Positions 21,671 through 29,893 of a stretch of DNA of 32,000 nucleotides are shown here, one piece after another. The stretch is taken from positions 2,070,001-2,102,000 of the forward strand of contig NC_022349.1 of NCBI RefSeq assembly GCF_000354175.2, in the 5' to 3' direction. The position numbers and the translations under genes were made by a program. The notes beneath the pieces are model-generated. The model was given only the letters and a program-made list of their open reading frames with translations. It was not told the DNA's origin and searched no databases. The DNA comes from Vibrio alginolyticus NBRC 15630 = ATCC 17749. GTDB lineage: Bacteria > Pseudomonadota > Gammaproteobacteria > Enterobacterales > Vibrionaceae. Each line of letters opens with the position of its first letter. The first letter of the stretch is position 1.

Positions 21671-21704
21671 TATATAAGGGGTCGAAGCAGCGATCCCAAG
21701 GGGG
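21671..21704 (-). promoter_or_regulatory. Sigma-32 (heat-shock) type promoter of groES-groEL
   Basis: The minus strand reads CCCCCTTGGGAT-N11-CCCCTTATATA. The -35 CTTGGGA (consensus CTTGAAA) is separated by 12 nt from CCCCTTATAT (consensus CCCCATNT), the same spacing I recall for the E. coli groE promoter. It lies about 75-110 nt upstream of groES. Confidence 0.7.
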
Positions 21705-21834
21705 TGGCACAAAATTTTTGTGACTTAGTTAAAATAACGAACAACTAGGCAACGGTTTGCGTTAGAAATGCTCACTCGCTCGGCATCTCGCTTTCTTGTA
21801 TCCTTGCAGTTTGCTCACCAGATAGTTGTCACAC

Positions 21835-23217
21835 ATGCAGGAAAATAACAAGCTGGAACCCCAAGCGACCGATAAGCATGGTTTGTTGACCGCACCCATT
21901 CCTGAAACGCTGCGGAAAATGACCGTACCCATGACCATGGGCATGATCGCAATTTTGATGTTTAACTTGGTGGACACGTTTTTTATCTCGTTGCTTGGCA
22001 CTCAAGCGCTAGCAGCTATCAGCTATACCTTCCCTGTAACCTTTGCGGTTAACTGCATTACGATGGGGATTGGGATGGGACTATCGACCAATATTGGTCG
22101 CTTGCTTGGGCAAGGTCATGCACCACAAGCTGCTCGGTTCACCACCCACGGTTTGTTGTTAGCCGTGTTACTTGTGGCTATCGCGTCTTCTATTGGCTTT
22201 ACCACCATTGCGCCATTGTTTCGTTTTCTTGGTGCGTCTGATGATCTCATCCCTCTTATTGAGCAATATATGCAGGTCTGGTATCTCACCATTCCTCTGC
22301 TAGTGATCCCAATGGCGGGCAACAGTGCTATCCGAGCTACTGGCGACACAAAAACACCAGCAAAAGTCATGATGTTGGCTGGTTTGATTAATGGCATGCT
22401 CGATCCATTGTTGATTTTCGGTTATGGCCCTTTTCCGGAACTTGGCATTCAAGGCGCAGCCATAGCAAGTGCCTTTAGCTGGTTAGGTGCTTTGTGTGGC
22501 TCATTCTATGTGCTAATTAAACGGGAAAAATTGCTTGCTCAACCCCAATGGGCTTTGCTGAAACAAGACTGGCAACAGACACTAAAAATTGGTACCCCTG
22601 CAGCGCTATCAAACGCGATGAATCCATTGTCCGGTGCCATTCTGATGATGCTGTTATCCAACCACGGTACAGCGGCGGTTGCTGCTTACGGCGCAGCGCA
22701 GCGTATTGAGTCTATATTGATTTTAGTATTGATGTCGCTGACCTCTGCCCTCACACCGTTTATGGCACAAAATTTAGGAGCCAAACAACCGCAACGAGCC
22801 TTTTCCGGTTTATTTATTAGCATGCGTTTTGCAGTGGTATTCCAAGGGTTTATCTTCTTGATGATGGTGCCACTGAGCATTCCTCTGGCTGCGCTGTTTT
22901 CTCAGGAAGATGCGGTGAAAAACCTGCTTTGGCATTATTTACTGGTGGTGCCATTTAGTTATGGCTTCCAAGGCATCGTAATGATGTTAGTCAGTGGTTT
23001 GAATGCGATGCACAAGCCATTGCGTGCATTCCAGTGGAGCTTTATGCGGCTGTTCATTTTTACCTTGCCATCGGCGTGGATCGGGAGCCAAATCTACAGC
23101 ATTGAAGGCTTGTTTATCGGTATCGCGGTTGGGAATACGTTGGGTGGGCTACTGGGCTACTTGTTTGCGCTGCGCGAGCGAAAATTAACGCTCATAGAGC
23201 AGAGCAGCGTGTCTTAA
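21835..23217 (+). CDS. MATE-family multidrug/toxic compound efflux transporter
   Basis: The roughly 460-aa, 12-TM protein has a MATE N-terminal signature (PMTMGMIAILMFNLVDTFFISLLGTQALAAISYTFP). ATG 21835 is preferred over TTG 21826. Confidence 0.85.
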   Translation: MQENNKLEPQATDKHGLLTAPIPETLRKMTVPMTMGMIAILMFNLVDTFFISLLGTQALAAISYTFPVTFAVNCITMGIGMGLSTNIGRLLGQGHAPQAARFTTHGLLLAVLLVAIASSIGFTTIAPLFRFLGASDDLIPLIEQYMQVWYLTIPLLVIPMAGNSAIRATGDTKTPAKVMMLAGLINGMLDPLLIFGYGPFPELGIQGAAIASAFSWLGALCGSFYVLIKREKLLAQPQWALLKQDWQQTLKIGTPAALSNAMNPLSGAILMMLLSNHGTAAVAAYGAAQRIESILILVLMSLTSALTPFMAQNLGAKQPQRAFSGLFISMRFAVVFQGFIFLMMVPLSIPLAALFSQEDAVKNLLWHYLLVVPFSYGFQGIVMMLVSGLNAMHKPLRAFQWSFMRLFIFTLPSAWIGSQIYSIEGLFIGIAVGNTLGGLLGYLFALRERKLTLIEQSSVS

Positions 23218-23265
23218 CACTCGTCTATCACTAGTTTCTTTTTGTTGATTCTCAAATGTAAATTA

Positions 23266-23285
23266 CCACCTTCTAAAGAAGGTGG
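23266..23285. repeat. Subterminal hairpin (tnpA-distal end): CCACCTTC-TAAA-GAAGGTGG
   Basis: Perfect 8-bp stem. A second hairpin, GCCCCC-TAAAA-GGGGGC, follows at 23296-23312 just after the tnpA stop. Confidence 0.85.
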
Positions 23286-23318
23286 CTTTGTGTGAGCCCC
23301 CTAAAAGGGGGCCTTTGT

Positions 23319-23753
23319 TTAGTCCAGCGCCAATTGCTGCTGCTCTACTCGCTCTTGCTTCTCTTGATGTCTTACATATCGGCGTATTATTTCTTCATTG
23401 ATTCCAACACTATCGACAAAATAGCCTCTTTGCCAAAAGTGATTACCCCAAAGCCTGTTCTTCCTAAGGTGAGGAAACTTGCTAAATAGCTTTAAGGCTA
23501 TTTTGCCTTTCAATACCCCCATCAACTTGGATATCGAAAGCTTTGGTGGGACCTTTACAACTAAATGTACGTGGTCAACTTGTACGTTTAGCTCTACGAC
23601 TTCACATCCAAGTTGATTACAGTAAACATAAATACATCGATAAACTTCTTTACCTATATTGTTCTTCAAGATCCTAAATCGATACTTTGGCGTCCACACT
23701 ATATGGTATTGACAACGCCAAAATACGTGGGAAGCTTGATTGTATCTACTCAT
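23319..23753 (-). CDS. tnpA: IS200/IS605-family Y1 (HUH) transposase TnpA
   Basis: The 144-aa product has YHIVWTPKYR, the HUH motif VDHVHLVV and the catalytic-Tyr region RGYFVDSVG. It resembles Salmonella IS200 TnpA as I recall it. Confidence 0.9.
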   Translation of the reverse strand: MSRYNQASHVFWRCQYHIVWTPKYRFRILKNNIGKEVYRCIYVYCNQLGCEVVELNVQVDHVHLVVKVPPKLSISKLMGVLKGKIALKLFSKFPHLRKNRLWGNHFWQRGYFVDSVGINEEIIRRYVRHQEKQERVEQQQLALD

Positions 23754-23836
23754 GTTATTTGTCCTCTTTGACTTCTGGAAAAATCAAAGACGCATTTAGC
23801 ATGAGTAGTTTTACAGGCAAAGCCGAAACGGATGAT

Positions 23837-23860
23837 AACCACCTACTGAAGTAGGTGGTT
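23837..23860. repeat. Subterminal hairpin (tnpA-proximal end): AACCACCTAC-TGAA-GTAGGTGGTT
   Basis: Perfect 10-bp stem about 85 nt upstream of the tnpA ATG. It shares the CCACCT/AGGTGG core with the hairpin at 23266-23285. Confidence 0.85.
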
Positions 23861-23873
23861 TAGGGCTGAAAAC

Positions 23874-23896
23874 AAAAAAACCGCGGAAAGCCGCGG
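23874..23896 (-). terminator. pfkA rho-independent terminator
   Basis: CCGCGG-CTTT-CCGCGG followed by TTTTTTT on the minus strand, 25 nt after the pfkA stop. The plus strand also has a T-run (bidirectional). Confidence 0.85.
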
Positions 23897-23921
23897 TTTT
23901 GTTTATCTATTTCAAGCTTGC

Positions 23922-24884
23922 TTAGAACAACTCTTCAGCAACTTTGTATAGATCGTTGCGTACTGGACGCTTCATGTTTTCGATTGCGTCGATGATATCG
24001 TGGTGAACAAGTTGCTCTTTCACGATACCTACACAACGACCACCATGACCTTCGATCAATAGGTGAACAGCGTAGTTACCCATACGAGATGCTAGTACGC
24101 GGTCAAATGCAGTTGGACGACCACCACGTTGGATGTGACCAAGTACTGTTGCACGAGTTTCACGACCTGTCGCGGCTTCGATGTCACGTGCTAGTTCATT
24201 AGCATCCATCATTAGCTCAGTAAGCGCGATGATCGCGTGTTTCTTACCTTTAGCGATACCATCTTGGATGTTGCTGATCAGCTTGTCTTTGTCTAGACCA
24301 GTTTCCGGAGTGATGATGTATTCACAACCGCCCGCAATTGCAGACATCAGAGTCAAATCACCACAGTGACGGCCCATGATTTCTACAATTGAAATGCGTT
24401 GGTGAGATGAAGAAGTATCACGTAGACGGTCGATTGCATCGATAACGGTGTTTAGTGCACTTAGGTAGCCCACAGTGTAATCCGTACCTGCGATATCGTT
24501 GTCGATTGTGCCCGGAAGACCGATACATGGGTAACCCATTTCAGTCAGTTTCTTCGCACCCATGTACGAACCATCACCACCGATTACCACTAGTGCATCG
24601 ATACCATGTTTTTTCAGGTTCTCAATCGCTTTTTCACGAACTTCCACTTGTTTAAATTCAGGGAAACGTGCAGAACCTAGGAACGTACCACCTTTGTTGA
24701 TCACATCTGAAACGCTAGAACGATCTAGCTTCTCGATGCGGCCTTCGTATAGGCCTAGGTAGCCGTCGTACACACCGAATACTTCCAATCCTTCGGATAG
24801 TGCTGTACGTACTACGCCGCGTATCGCAGCGTTCATACCAGGTGCGTCACCGCCACTTGTTAAAACACCGATCTTCTTAATCAT
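23922..24884 (-). CDS. pfkA: ATP-dependent 6-phosphofructokinase
   Basis: From ATG 24884 the product begins [26 protein letters not shown], matching the N-terminus of E. coli PfkA. GAGGG RBS 5 nt upstream. The ORF-track start at 24890 is a GTG two codons upstream. Confidence 0.97.
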   Translation of the reverse strand: MIKKIGVLTSGGDAPGMNAAIRGVVRTALSEGLEVFGVYDGYLGLYEGRIEKLDRSSVSDVINKGGTFLGSARFPEFKQVEVREKAIENLKKHGIDALVVIGGDGSYMGAKKLTEMGYPCIGLPGTIDNDIAGTDYTVGYLSALNTVIDAIDRLRDTSSSHQRISIVEIMGRHCGDLTLMSAIAGGCEYIITPETGLDKDKLISNIQDGIAKGKKHAIIALTELMMDANELARDIEAATGRETRATVLGHIQRGGRPTAFDRVLASRMGNYAVHLLIEGHGGRCVGIVKEQLVHHDIIDAIENMKRPVRNDLYKVAEELF

Positions 24885-25167
24885 GCTCACCCTCGATCTT
24901 TGGCAATCAATTATTTAATTTTCTTTTAGGCCCCTTGTTACCAAGCAACCTGCATAATCCAGAACTGTGCGTTATGTTACATTTCCTCTACAGGATTACC
25001 AATGAAAACGCACTTTTTTATGTAACTTTTCTACTTATGTAAGAGTATTACAGTTTCTCTATGAAACTTTGTTGATTCATATCAGGATCACGAATCTTAA
25101 TAAGTATTGATGGAAAGATAGTCAATAAGTACCTGTTTGTCGTCGGGCACTGATGGATTTTTCAAGC

Positions 25168-26076
25168 CTACCAATCTTGTGCTTTCTGCTCTTTCTCTGG
25201 TCCGAAAACGACAGACAATGGATCTTGATGGATCAATACATCCGCATCAGGAAACAGAGCCAATAAATTATCTTCCACTTTATCAGCAATGTAATGCGCC
25301 TCAATTAATCGTAAGTTATCGTCTAGCTCTAAATGCAACTGTATAAAGCGCGTCGGTCCTGACATTCGCGTGCGTAACTGATGCACGCCCAATACCCCTT
25401 TTACGCTCAAACAAGCTTGGTTAATTTGCTCAAGCTCTTCATCGGGCAACTTTCTATCAAGTAAGGTTTGAATCGCTTCGCTGACCATTTTGAAAGCGCT
25501 ATAAAGAATGAAGACACCAATACCAATCGCAAACACAGCATCCGCTTGAGTCACTCCAAAATAACTGAGCCCCAGAGCAACCATGATCGCAGCATTCATA
25601 TACAAGTCAGTCTGATAATGCAGAGAATCCGCCGCTATTGCTTGGCTCCCCGTCACGCGAACCACATGTTTTTGGAACATCACCAAGCCAAGTGTGACCA
25701 CAATCGCAAACAGCGATACATACACACCTAACTCCGGTGCGTGTAAAGCATGTGGGCGGAAAAATCGGTCAATCCCGTTAAGAATCAAAAATACTGCCGA
25801 GCCCGAAATAAACATTGCTTGGGCTAGGGCCGCTAAGGACTCAGCTTTACCATGTCCAAACGTATGTTCGCGGTCTGCCGGTTGTAAGGCGTAACGAACC
25901 ACCACAAGATTCACAACCGAAGCCGCGATATCTAACATGGAGTCAATCAATGACGCCAATAAGCTCACTGAGCCGGTTACCCACCACGTGATAACTTTTA
26001 CTATCAGAAGAAGCGTCGCCACAATGGTTGCAGTCCAAGCGGCGGTCGTAACTAAACGTGCGTATTGCTGTTTCAT
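25168..26076 (-). CDS. fieF: Cation-diffusion-facilitator Fe/Zn efflux transporter FieF (YiiP)
   Basis: The product is collinear with E. coli FieF from MKQQYARLV (E. coli MNQSYGRLV) and includes FGHGKAESLAALAQ, HYQTD and GPTRFIQLHLE. The start at 26076 was chosen by homology; the ORF-track start is 26124. Confidence 0.9.
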   Translation of the reverse strand: MKQQYARLVTTAAWTATIVATLLLIVKVITWWVTGSVSLLASLIDSMLDIAASVVNLVVVRYALQPADREHTFGHGKAESLAALAQAMFISGSAVFLILNGIDRFFRPHALHAPELGVYVSLFAIVVTLGLVMFQKHVVRVTGSQAIAADSLHYQTDLYMNAAIMVALGLSYFGVTQADAVFAIGIGVFILYSAFKMVSEAIQTLLDRKLPDEELEQINQACLSVKGVLGVHQLRTRMSGPTRFIQLHLELDDNLRLIEAHYIADKVEDNLLALFPDADVLIHQDPLSVVFGPEKEQKAQDW

Positions 26077-26138
26077 AATCAAAGAGTTAACTAAAACCAT
26101 ACGTTGAGTATATTGAATGACCATGAAATAACCAGATC

Positions 26139-26167
26139 AAAAAGAGGCAACCAATGGCTGCCTCTTT
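26139..26167 (-). terminator. cpxP rho-independent terminator / short 3' UTR
   Basis: The minus strand reads AGAGGCAGCC-ATT-GGTTGCCTCT followed by TTTTT, about 20 nt after the cpxP stop. Confidence 0.8.
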
Positions 26168-26187
26168 ATATAACATCAATTCATGAC

Positions 26188-26700
26188 TTAATTATTGCGC
26201 GACTTTTCCATGAGCTTGTGCATTCTGTCGCCACACTCTTGCATACGTTCATTTTGTAGCTCAACAAATTTCGCTTTCTGCTCAGGTGTTAATACGCTAA
26301 GCATTTGGTGCTTTCTTTCTAGCATTTGCACGCGACGTTCCGTTTGGCGCTCAACCATCTCTTTTGCTAATTCGGTAGCTTGAGCTTCATCAAAATTATC
26401 CGCCAGCAAAAGCGATTGCACTTTTGCGTGATGCGCTTGACGCTCAGCCATACGTGCTTCTTTGCCATCAGCGAATTTTGCTTTCATTTCTGCTTTGTTT
26501 GCTTCACGCATTTCTTTTAGCTGATCTTTTTGTGCATCAGTCAGGTCTAGTTGACGCATGACACCTCGGTCCATACCCATGCCGCATTCGTCACGAGGAC
26601 CTTTATGATGGTTTTTACCACCGTAAGCGAATGCGCTTGCGGCGCCAAGAGTAAGAGGTAGAACAACAGCAGCTAACACAAGTTTTTTTGCAGACTTCAT
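26188..26700 (-). CDS. cpxP: Periplasmic CpxP/Spy-family stress adaptor
   Basis: The 170-aa product has a signal peptide and two LTXXQ motifs (LTDAQKDQL, LTPEQKAKF). It is divergent from cpxRA, as in E. coli. Confidence 0.88.
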   Translation of the reverse strand: MKSAKKLVLAAVVLPLTLGAASAFAYGGKNHHKGPRDECGMGMDRGVMRQLDLTDAQKDQLKEMREANKAEMKAKFADGKEARMAERQAHHAKVQSLLLADNFDEAQATELAKEMVERQTERRVQMLERKHQMLSVLTPEQKAKFVELQNERMQECGDRMHKLMEKSRNN

Positions 26701-26798
26701 AATACGATTCCTTACACAGGTGAGTGGTTCTTCTGAGCTGTTCTCACAGCGCTTGAGTATAGAATACGACCCGCTAGGTAAAGCGACGTATAGGGAGC

Positions 26799-26813
26799 GT
26801 AAAGAATCGTAAA
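26799..26813 (+). promoter_or_regulatory. CpxR box GTAAA-N5-GTAAA in the cpxP/cpxRA divergent region
   Basis: GTAAAGAATCGTAAA matches the CpxR consensus GTAAA(N5)GTAAA exactly. A third GTAAA lies at 26778-26782. Confidence 0.7.
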
Positions 26814-26890
26814 GAGTGATTTTTCTCCTCTTCGTTGCGCATCATTCCAATGTAATATTAGGCTATCGGTAACTTACTATAGGTGCCCCC

Positions 26891-27580
26891 ATGGCAAACA
26901 TTCTTTTAATCGATGACGATATCGAGCTAACTAGCTTATTAAAAGAAGTACTCAGTTTCGAAGGGTTTGACGTCAGCGAAGCAAATGACGGTGAAGCCGG
27001 CTTAGCCGCGATCAATGATAAGATTGATTTGATTTTGTTGGATGTCATGATGCCAAAACTCAATGGCATGGAAACGCTGAAACGCTTACGTGAAAATTGG
27101 GAAACTCCCGTCTTGATGCTGACCGCTAAAGGGGAAGAAATTGATCGCGTGATCGGCTTGGAACTGGGCGCGGATGATTATTTACCAAAACCTTTTAGTG
27201 ACCGAGAGCTGTTAGCGCGAATCCGCGCGATTTTACGCCGCACTAGCAGCACACAAAAAAATACCAAAAACAGCGATTGCATTGAGTATCAAGAAATCCG
27301 CCTCTATCCCGGTAAGCAAGAAGCGTATTGTGAGCAACAGTTACTCGATCTCACAGCAACCGAGTTTGCGCTACTCACCCACTTCGTACAAAACCCAGGA
27401 CAAGTGCTGACCAAAGAGACACTGAGCTTAGATGTGCTTGGTAAACGACTCGCTGCTTTTGATCGCGCTATCGATATGCATGTCTCGAACTTACGTAAAA
27501 AATTACCAGATCAAAGCAATGGCAAGCCGCGAATTAAAACCCTGCGTGGTCGTGGCTACATGCTGCTTGAGGAGGATTAA
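26891..27580 (+). CDS. cpxR: Envelope-stress response regulator CpxR (OmpR family)
   Basis: The 229-aa product has a receiver domain (ILLIDDD, LILLDVMMP) and a winged-helix output domain (IKTLRGRGY). It is paired with cpxA and divergent from cpxP. Confidence 0.93.
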   Translation: MANILLIDDDIELTSLLKEVLSFEGFDVSEANDGEAGLAAINDKIDLILLDVMMPKLNGMETLKRLRENWETPVLMLTAKGEEIDRVIGLELGADDYLPKPFSDRELLARIRAILRRTSSTQKNTKNSDCIEYQEIRLYPGKQEAYCEQQLLDLTATEFALLTHFVQNPGQVLTKETLSLDVLGKRLAAFDRAIDMHVSNLRKKLPDQSNGKPRIKTLRGRGYMLLEED

Positions 27581-28974
27581 TGCGCCTATCACGCATCAAA
27601 CTGCCAAACATCAATAGCCTGTATGGACGCATCTTTGCCATTTTTTGGTTCACCATGTTATTAGTATTGATAGCCGTGCTATCACTGCCACATTTGGACC
27701 CACGCAAAGCTCGCGATATTCCAGAAGAACACTACAAACGTATGGTAGAAACGCGTGACTCAATCCAACAAAAATACAGCCAGCAAACTGATTTAGGCCG
27801 CATACTTTTTCGTATCGAGGGCAACCGTCACGGCAAGCACGACCCTCGCCCACGAGTCTTTTTTTCTGACTACAGCGGTAATGTTCTTACGACAGAAAAA
27901 CGCAGCAATTTTCAATTGCGTGCCATGCAAAACTTTGTCACCAGTATCGAAGATTACAATAATCCAAAGCAGAAGCTGTATGGTCGATACATGATTGCGG
28001 GCCCAATTCCTATCACTTTGGCAGGTTCCGATATCTTGATGTACGTGGGCTTCAAATGGAATGAGCCACCACCTCTACTCCTGCGTCTGTTTGATCACCC
28101 ATTCCAGCTCTTGCTTGCAGTCATGCTGGTTAGTACACCATTGCTGTTATGGCTTGCTTGGGCTTTGAGTCAGCCTGCACGTCGTCTTGAAGCCGCTGCT
28201 CAACGTGTGGCGAAAGGTGAATTTGTCACAGACCCAAATTTAGAAAAAGGTACGGCGGAATTTCGTCAAGCAGGCAGCAGCTTCAACCAGATGGTCGAAG
28301 CGGTTAATCAAATGATTTCAGGACAACAACGTTTGCTATCCGATATCTCTCACGAGCTGCGCTCACCTTTAACTCGTCTGCGCATGGCAAGCGCATTAGC
28401 GACGCGTAAACAAGGCGAAAGCCCAGAACTGACTCGTATCGATACCGAAGCGCAGCGCTTGGAACAGATGATCAGTGAACTATTAGAGCTTTCTCGCATG
28501 CAGGCGAACAGTCATATGACTCGCGAAACACAGCCACTAGAAAGTTTATGGGAAGAAATCATTAAAGATGCGCAGTTTGAAGCAGAGCAAATGGGCAAAC
28601 AGCTACACTATTCAGAATTACCTAAGCGCAATATTTCCGGTAACCCTAAACTGCTGATGAGTGCGGTGGAAAATATCGTTCGTAACGCCATTTACTACGG
28701 AAAAGATGAGGTACAAATCGACATCAAAGCCGATGACGATACGCTTCGTATCACGGTTGACGATAATGGAGAAGGTGTACCAGAAGAGGAACTGGCCGCG
28801 ATTTTTCGCCCGTTCTATCGCGTTTCCACGGCACGCGATCGCCACTCTGGCGGCACAGGTCTCGGCCTAACCATTACCGAAAGTGCCATTCGCCAGCACA
28901 GTGGCACGATCGCAGCCAGCCGAAGTCCGTTAGGCGGATTGCGCATGAGTATCACCTTACCGATCAATTGTTAG
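27580..28974 (+). CDS. cpxA: Envelope-stress sensor histidine kinase CpxA
   Basis: The 464-aa product has 2 TM segments plus a periplasmic domain, a HAMP domain, the H-box SHELRSPLT and the G-box GGTGLGL. Its start overlaps the cpxR stop (TAATG). Confidence 0.93.
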   Translation: MRLSRIKLPNINSLYGRIFAIFWFTMLLVLIAVLSLPHLDPRKARDIPEEHYKRMVETRDSIQQKYSQQTDLGRILFRIEGNRHGKHDPRPRVFFSDYSGNVLTTEKRSNFQLRAMQNFVTSIEDYNNPKQKLYGRYMIAGPIPITLAGSDILMYVGFKWNEPPPLLLRLFDHPFQLLLAVMLVSTPLLLWLAWALSQPARRLEAAAQRVAKGEFVTDPNLEKGTAEFRQAGSSFNQMVEAVNQMISGQQRLLSDISHELRSPLTRLRMASALATRKQGESPELTRIDTEAQRLEQMISELLELSRMQANSHMTRETQPLESLWEEIIKDAQFEAEQMGKQLHYSELPKRNISGNPKLLMSAVENIVRNAIYYGKDEVQIDIKADDDTLRITVDDNGEGVPEEELAAIFRPFYRVSTARDRHSGGTGLGLTITESAIRQHSGTIAASRSPLGGLRMSITLPINC

Positions 28975-29092
28975 TCTCAATTTGATGAACTAACAATAAT
29001 TCGCACCATATTTCTAGAGTGAGTGATTCACAGCCCCACCCTCACTTTAGAAATTGGCGAGGCTTCTTAGAATACCCTTACAAAGATCAAAG

Positions 29093-29121
29093 TTGATAAT
29101 AATTATCGTTAGCATTAAAGT
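29093..29121 (+). promoter_or_regulatory. Putative sigma-70 promoter of sodA (-35 TTGATA, 17-nt spacer, -10 TAAAGT)
   Basis: Hexamers lie at 29093-29098 and 29116-29121, about 28 nt upstream of the ATG. This is a motif match only. Confidence 0.4.
29095..29107. promoter_or_regulatory. Fur-box-like perfect palindrome GATAATAATTATC
   Basis: The 13-bp palindrome is built from GATAAT/ATTATC hexamers (Fur consensus GATAATGATAATCATTATC). It overlaps the putative -35 and spacer of sodA. Confidence 0.55.
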
Positions 29122-29148
29122 AAATTTTCCAATTAAGGAGGATTTACT

Positions 29149-29757
29149 ATGTCACATACATTTCCCGCTCTGCCTTACCCGTACGATTCACTAGAGCCGT
29201 ACATCGACGCGAAAACCATGGAAGTGCATTACAGCAAACACCACAAGACGTACTTTGATAAGTTTGTAAATGCCGTTGAAGGGAGCGAGCTCGAAACTCA
29301 GTCATTAGACGAGATCTTTGACAATATCTCTAAGCTCAGTCCAGCAGTACGTAATAATGGTGGCGGCTATTACAACCACATCATTTATTGGAATTGCATG
29401 TCACCAAACGGTGGCGGAGAGCCTCAAGGCGCGCTTGCTCAAGCAATTAACGATAAATTTGGTAGCTTTGCGCAATTTAAAGAGGCGTTTGCCCAAGCTG
29501 CCATCAATACCTTTGGGTCTGGCTTTGCATGGCTGATCGTAAAAGATGGTGAGATTCACATTACGTCCACCAGTAATCAAGACAACCCTCTGATGGACGT
29601 AGTGGATGTGCGCGGTGAACCAATCCTCGCATTAGACGTGTGGGAGCACGCGTATTACATCAGCTACCAAAACCGTCGCCCAGAATATATTGATGCGTGG
29701 TGGAACGTCGTCAACTGGCGAGCAGTTGAAGAAAACTATGCTCACGCTCTCTTATAA
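29149..29757 (+). CDS. sodA: Superoxide dismutase, Mn-type by signature residues
   Basis: The 202-aa product has the metal ligands HYSKHH, NH(I) and DVWEHAYY. The GGGYYNH and SNQDNP (Gln in the C-terminal position) motifs are typical of MnSOD rather than FeSOD. AAGGAGG RBS. Confidence 0.9.
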   Translation: MSHTFPALPYPYDSLEPYIDAKTMEVHYSKHHKTYFDKFVNAVEGSELETQSLDEIFDNISKLSPAVRNNGGGYYNHIIYWNCMSPNGGGEPQGALAQAINDKFGSFAQFKEAFAQAAINTFGSGFAWLIVKDGEIHITSTSNQDNPLMDVVDVRGEPILALDVWEHAYYISYQNRRPEYIDAWWNVVNWRAVEENYAHALL

Positions 29758-29893
29758 AGAGCATCACTACTCACGGTATTAACATCCGCGCTAATGCCTG
29801 CTTTCATACCCAGGTCAATCTTGCTGAATCTCGCATATCTCGGTGACTTGGGTATATACTGCCCCTCTCTTTGACCAACTCTATTTCAATACC

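Larger units (their letters stand above)
23266..23860 (-). mobile_element. IS200/IS605-family (IS200-type, tnpA only) insertion sequence, about 0.6 kb
   Basis: An intact Y1 HUH transposase gene is flanked by two similar subterminal hairpins with the same CCACCT...AGGTGG stem. The exact ends were not determined. Confidence 0.75.

Noticed and set aside
23292-23489. 65-aa plus-strand ORF inside the IS200-type element
   Set aside because: It is antisense to tnpA, low-complexity and Leu-rich, and has no RBS. It is a shadow ORF.
26077-26124. N-terminal extensions in the ORF track (fieF 26124, trmL 29843, fxsA 31013, pfkA 24890, cysE 5659, mgtC-family 18092, MATE 21826, repeat protein 19292)
   Set aside because: Alignment of the N-termini with E. 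coli orthologues, or RBS spacing, supports the downstream starts listed in the features. The extensions use TTG/GTG or lack an RBS.
29805-29865. Imperfect 12-bp inverted repeat (ATACCCAGGTCA ... TGACTTGGGTAT) between sodA and trmL
   Set aside because: It has one mismatch or wobble pair and a loop of about 30 nt, with no U-tract. It may be a weak sodA 3' structure, but the evidence for a specific function is insufficient.
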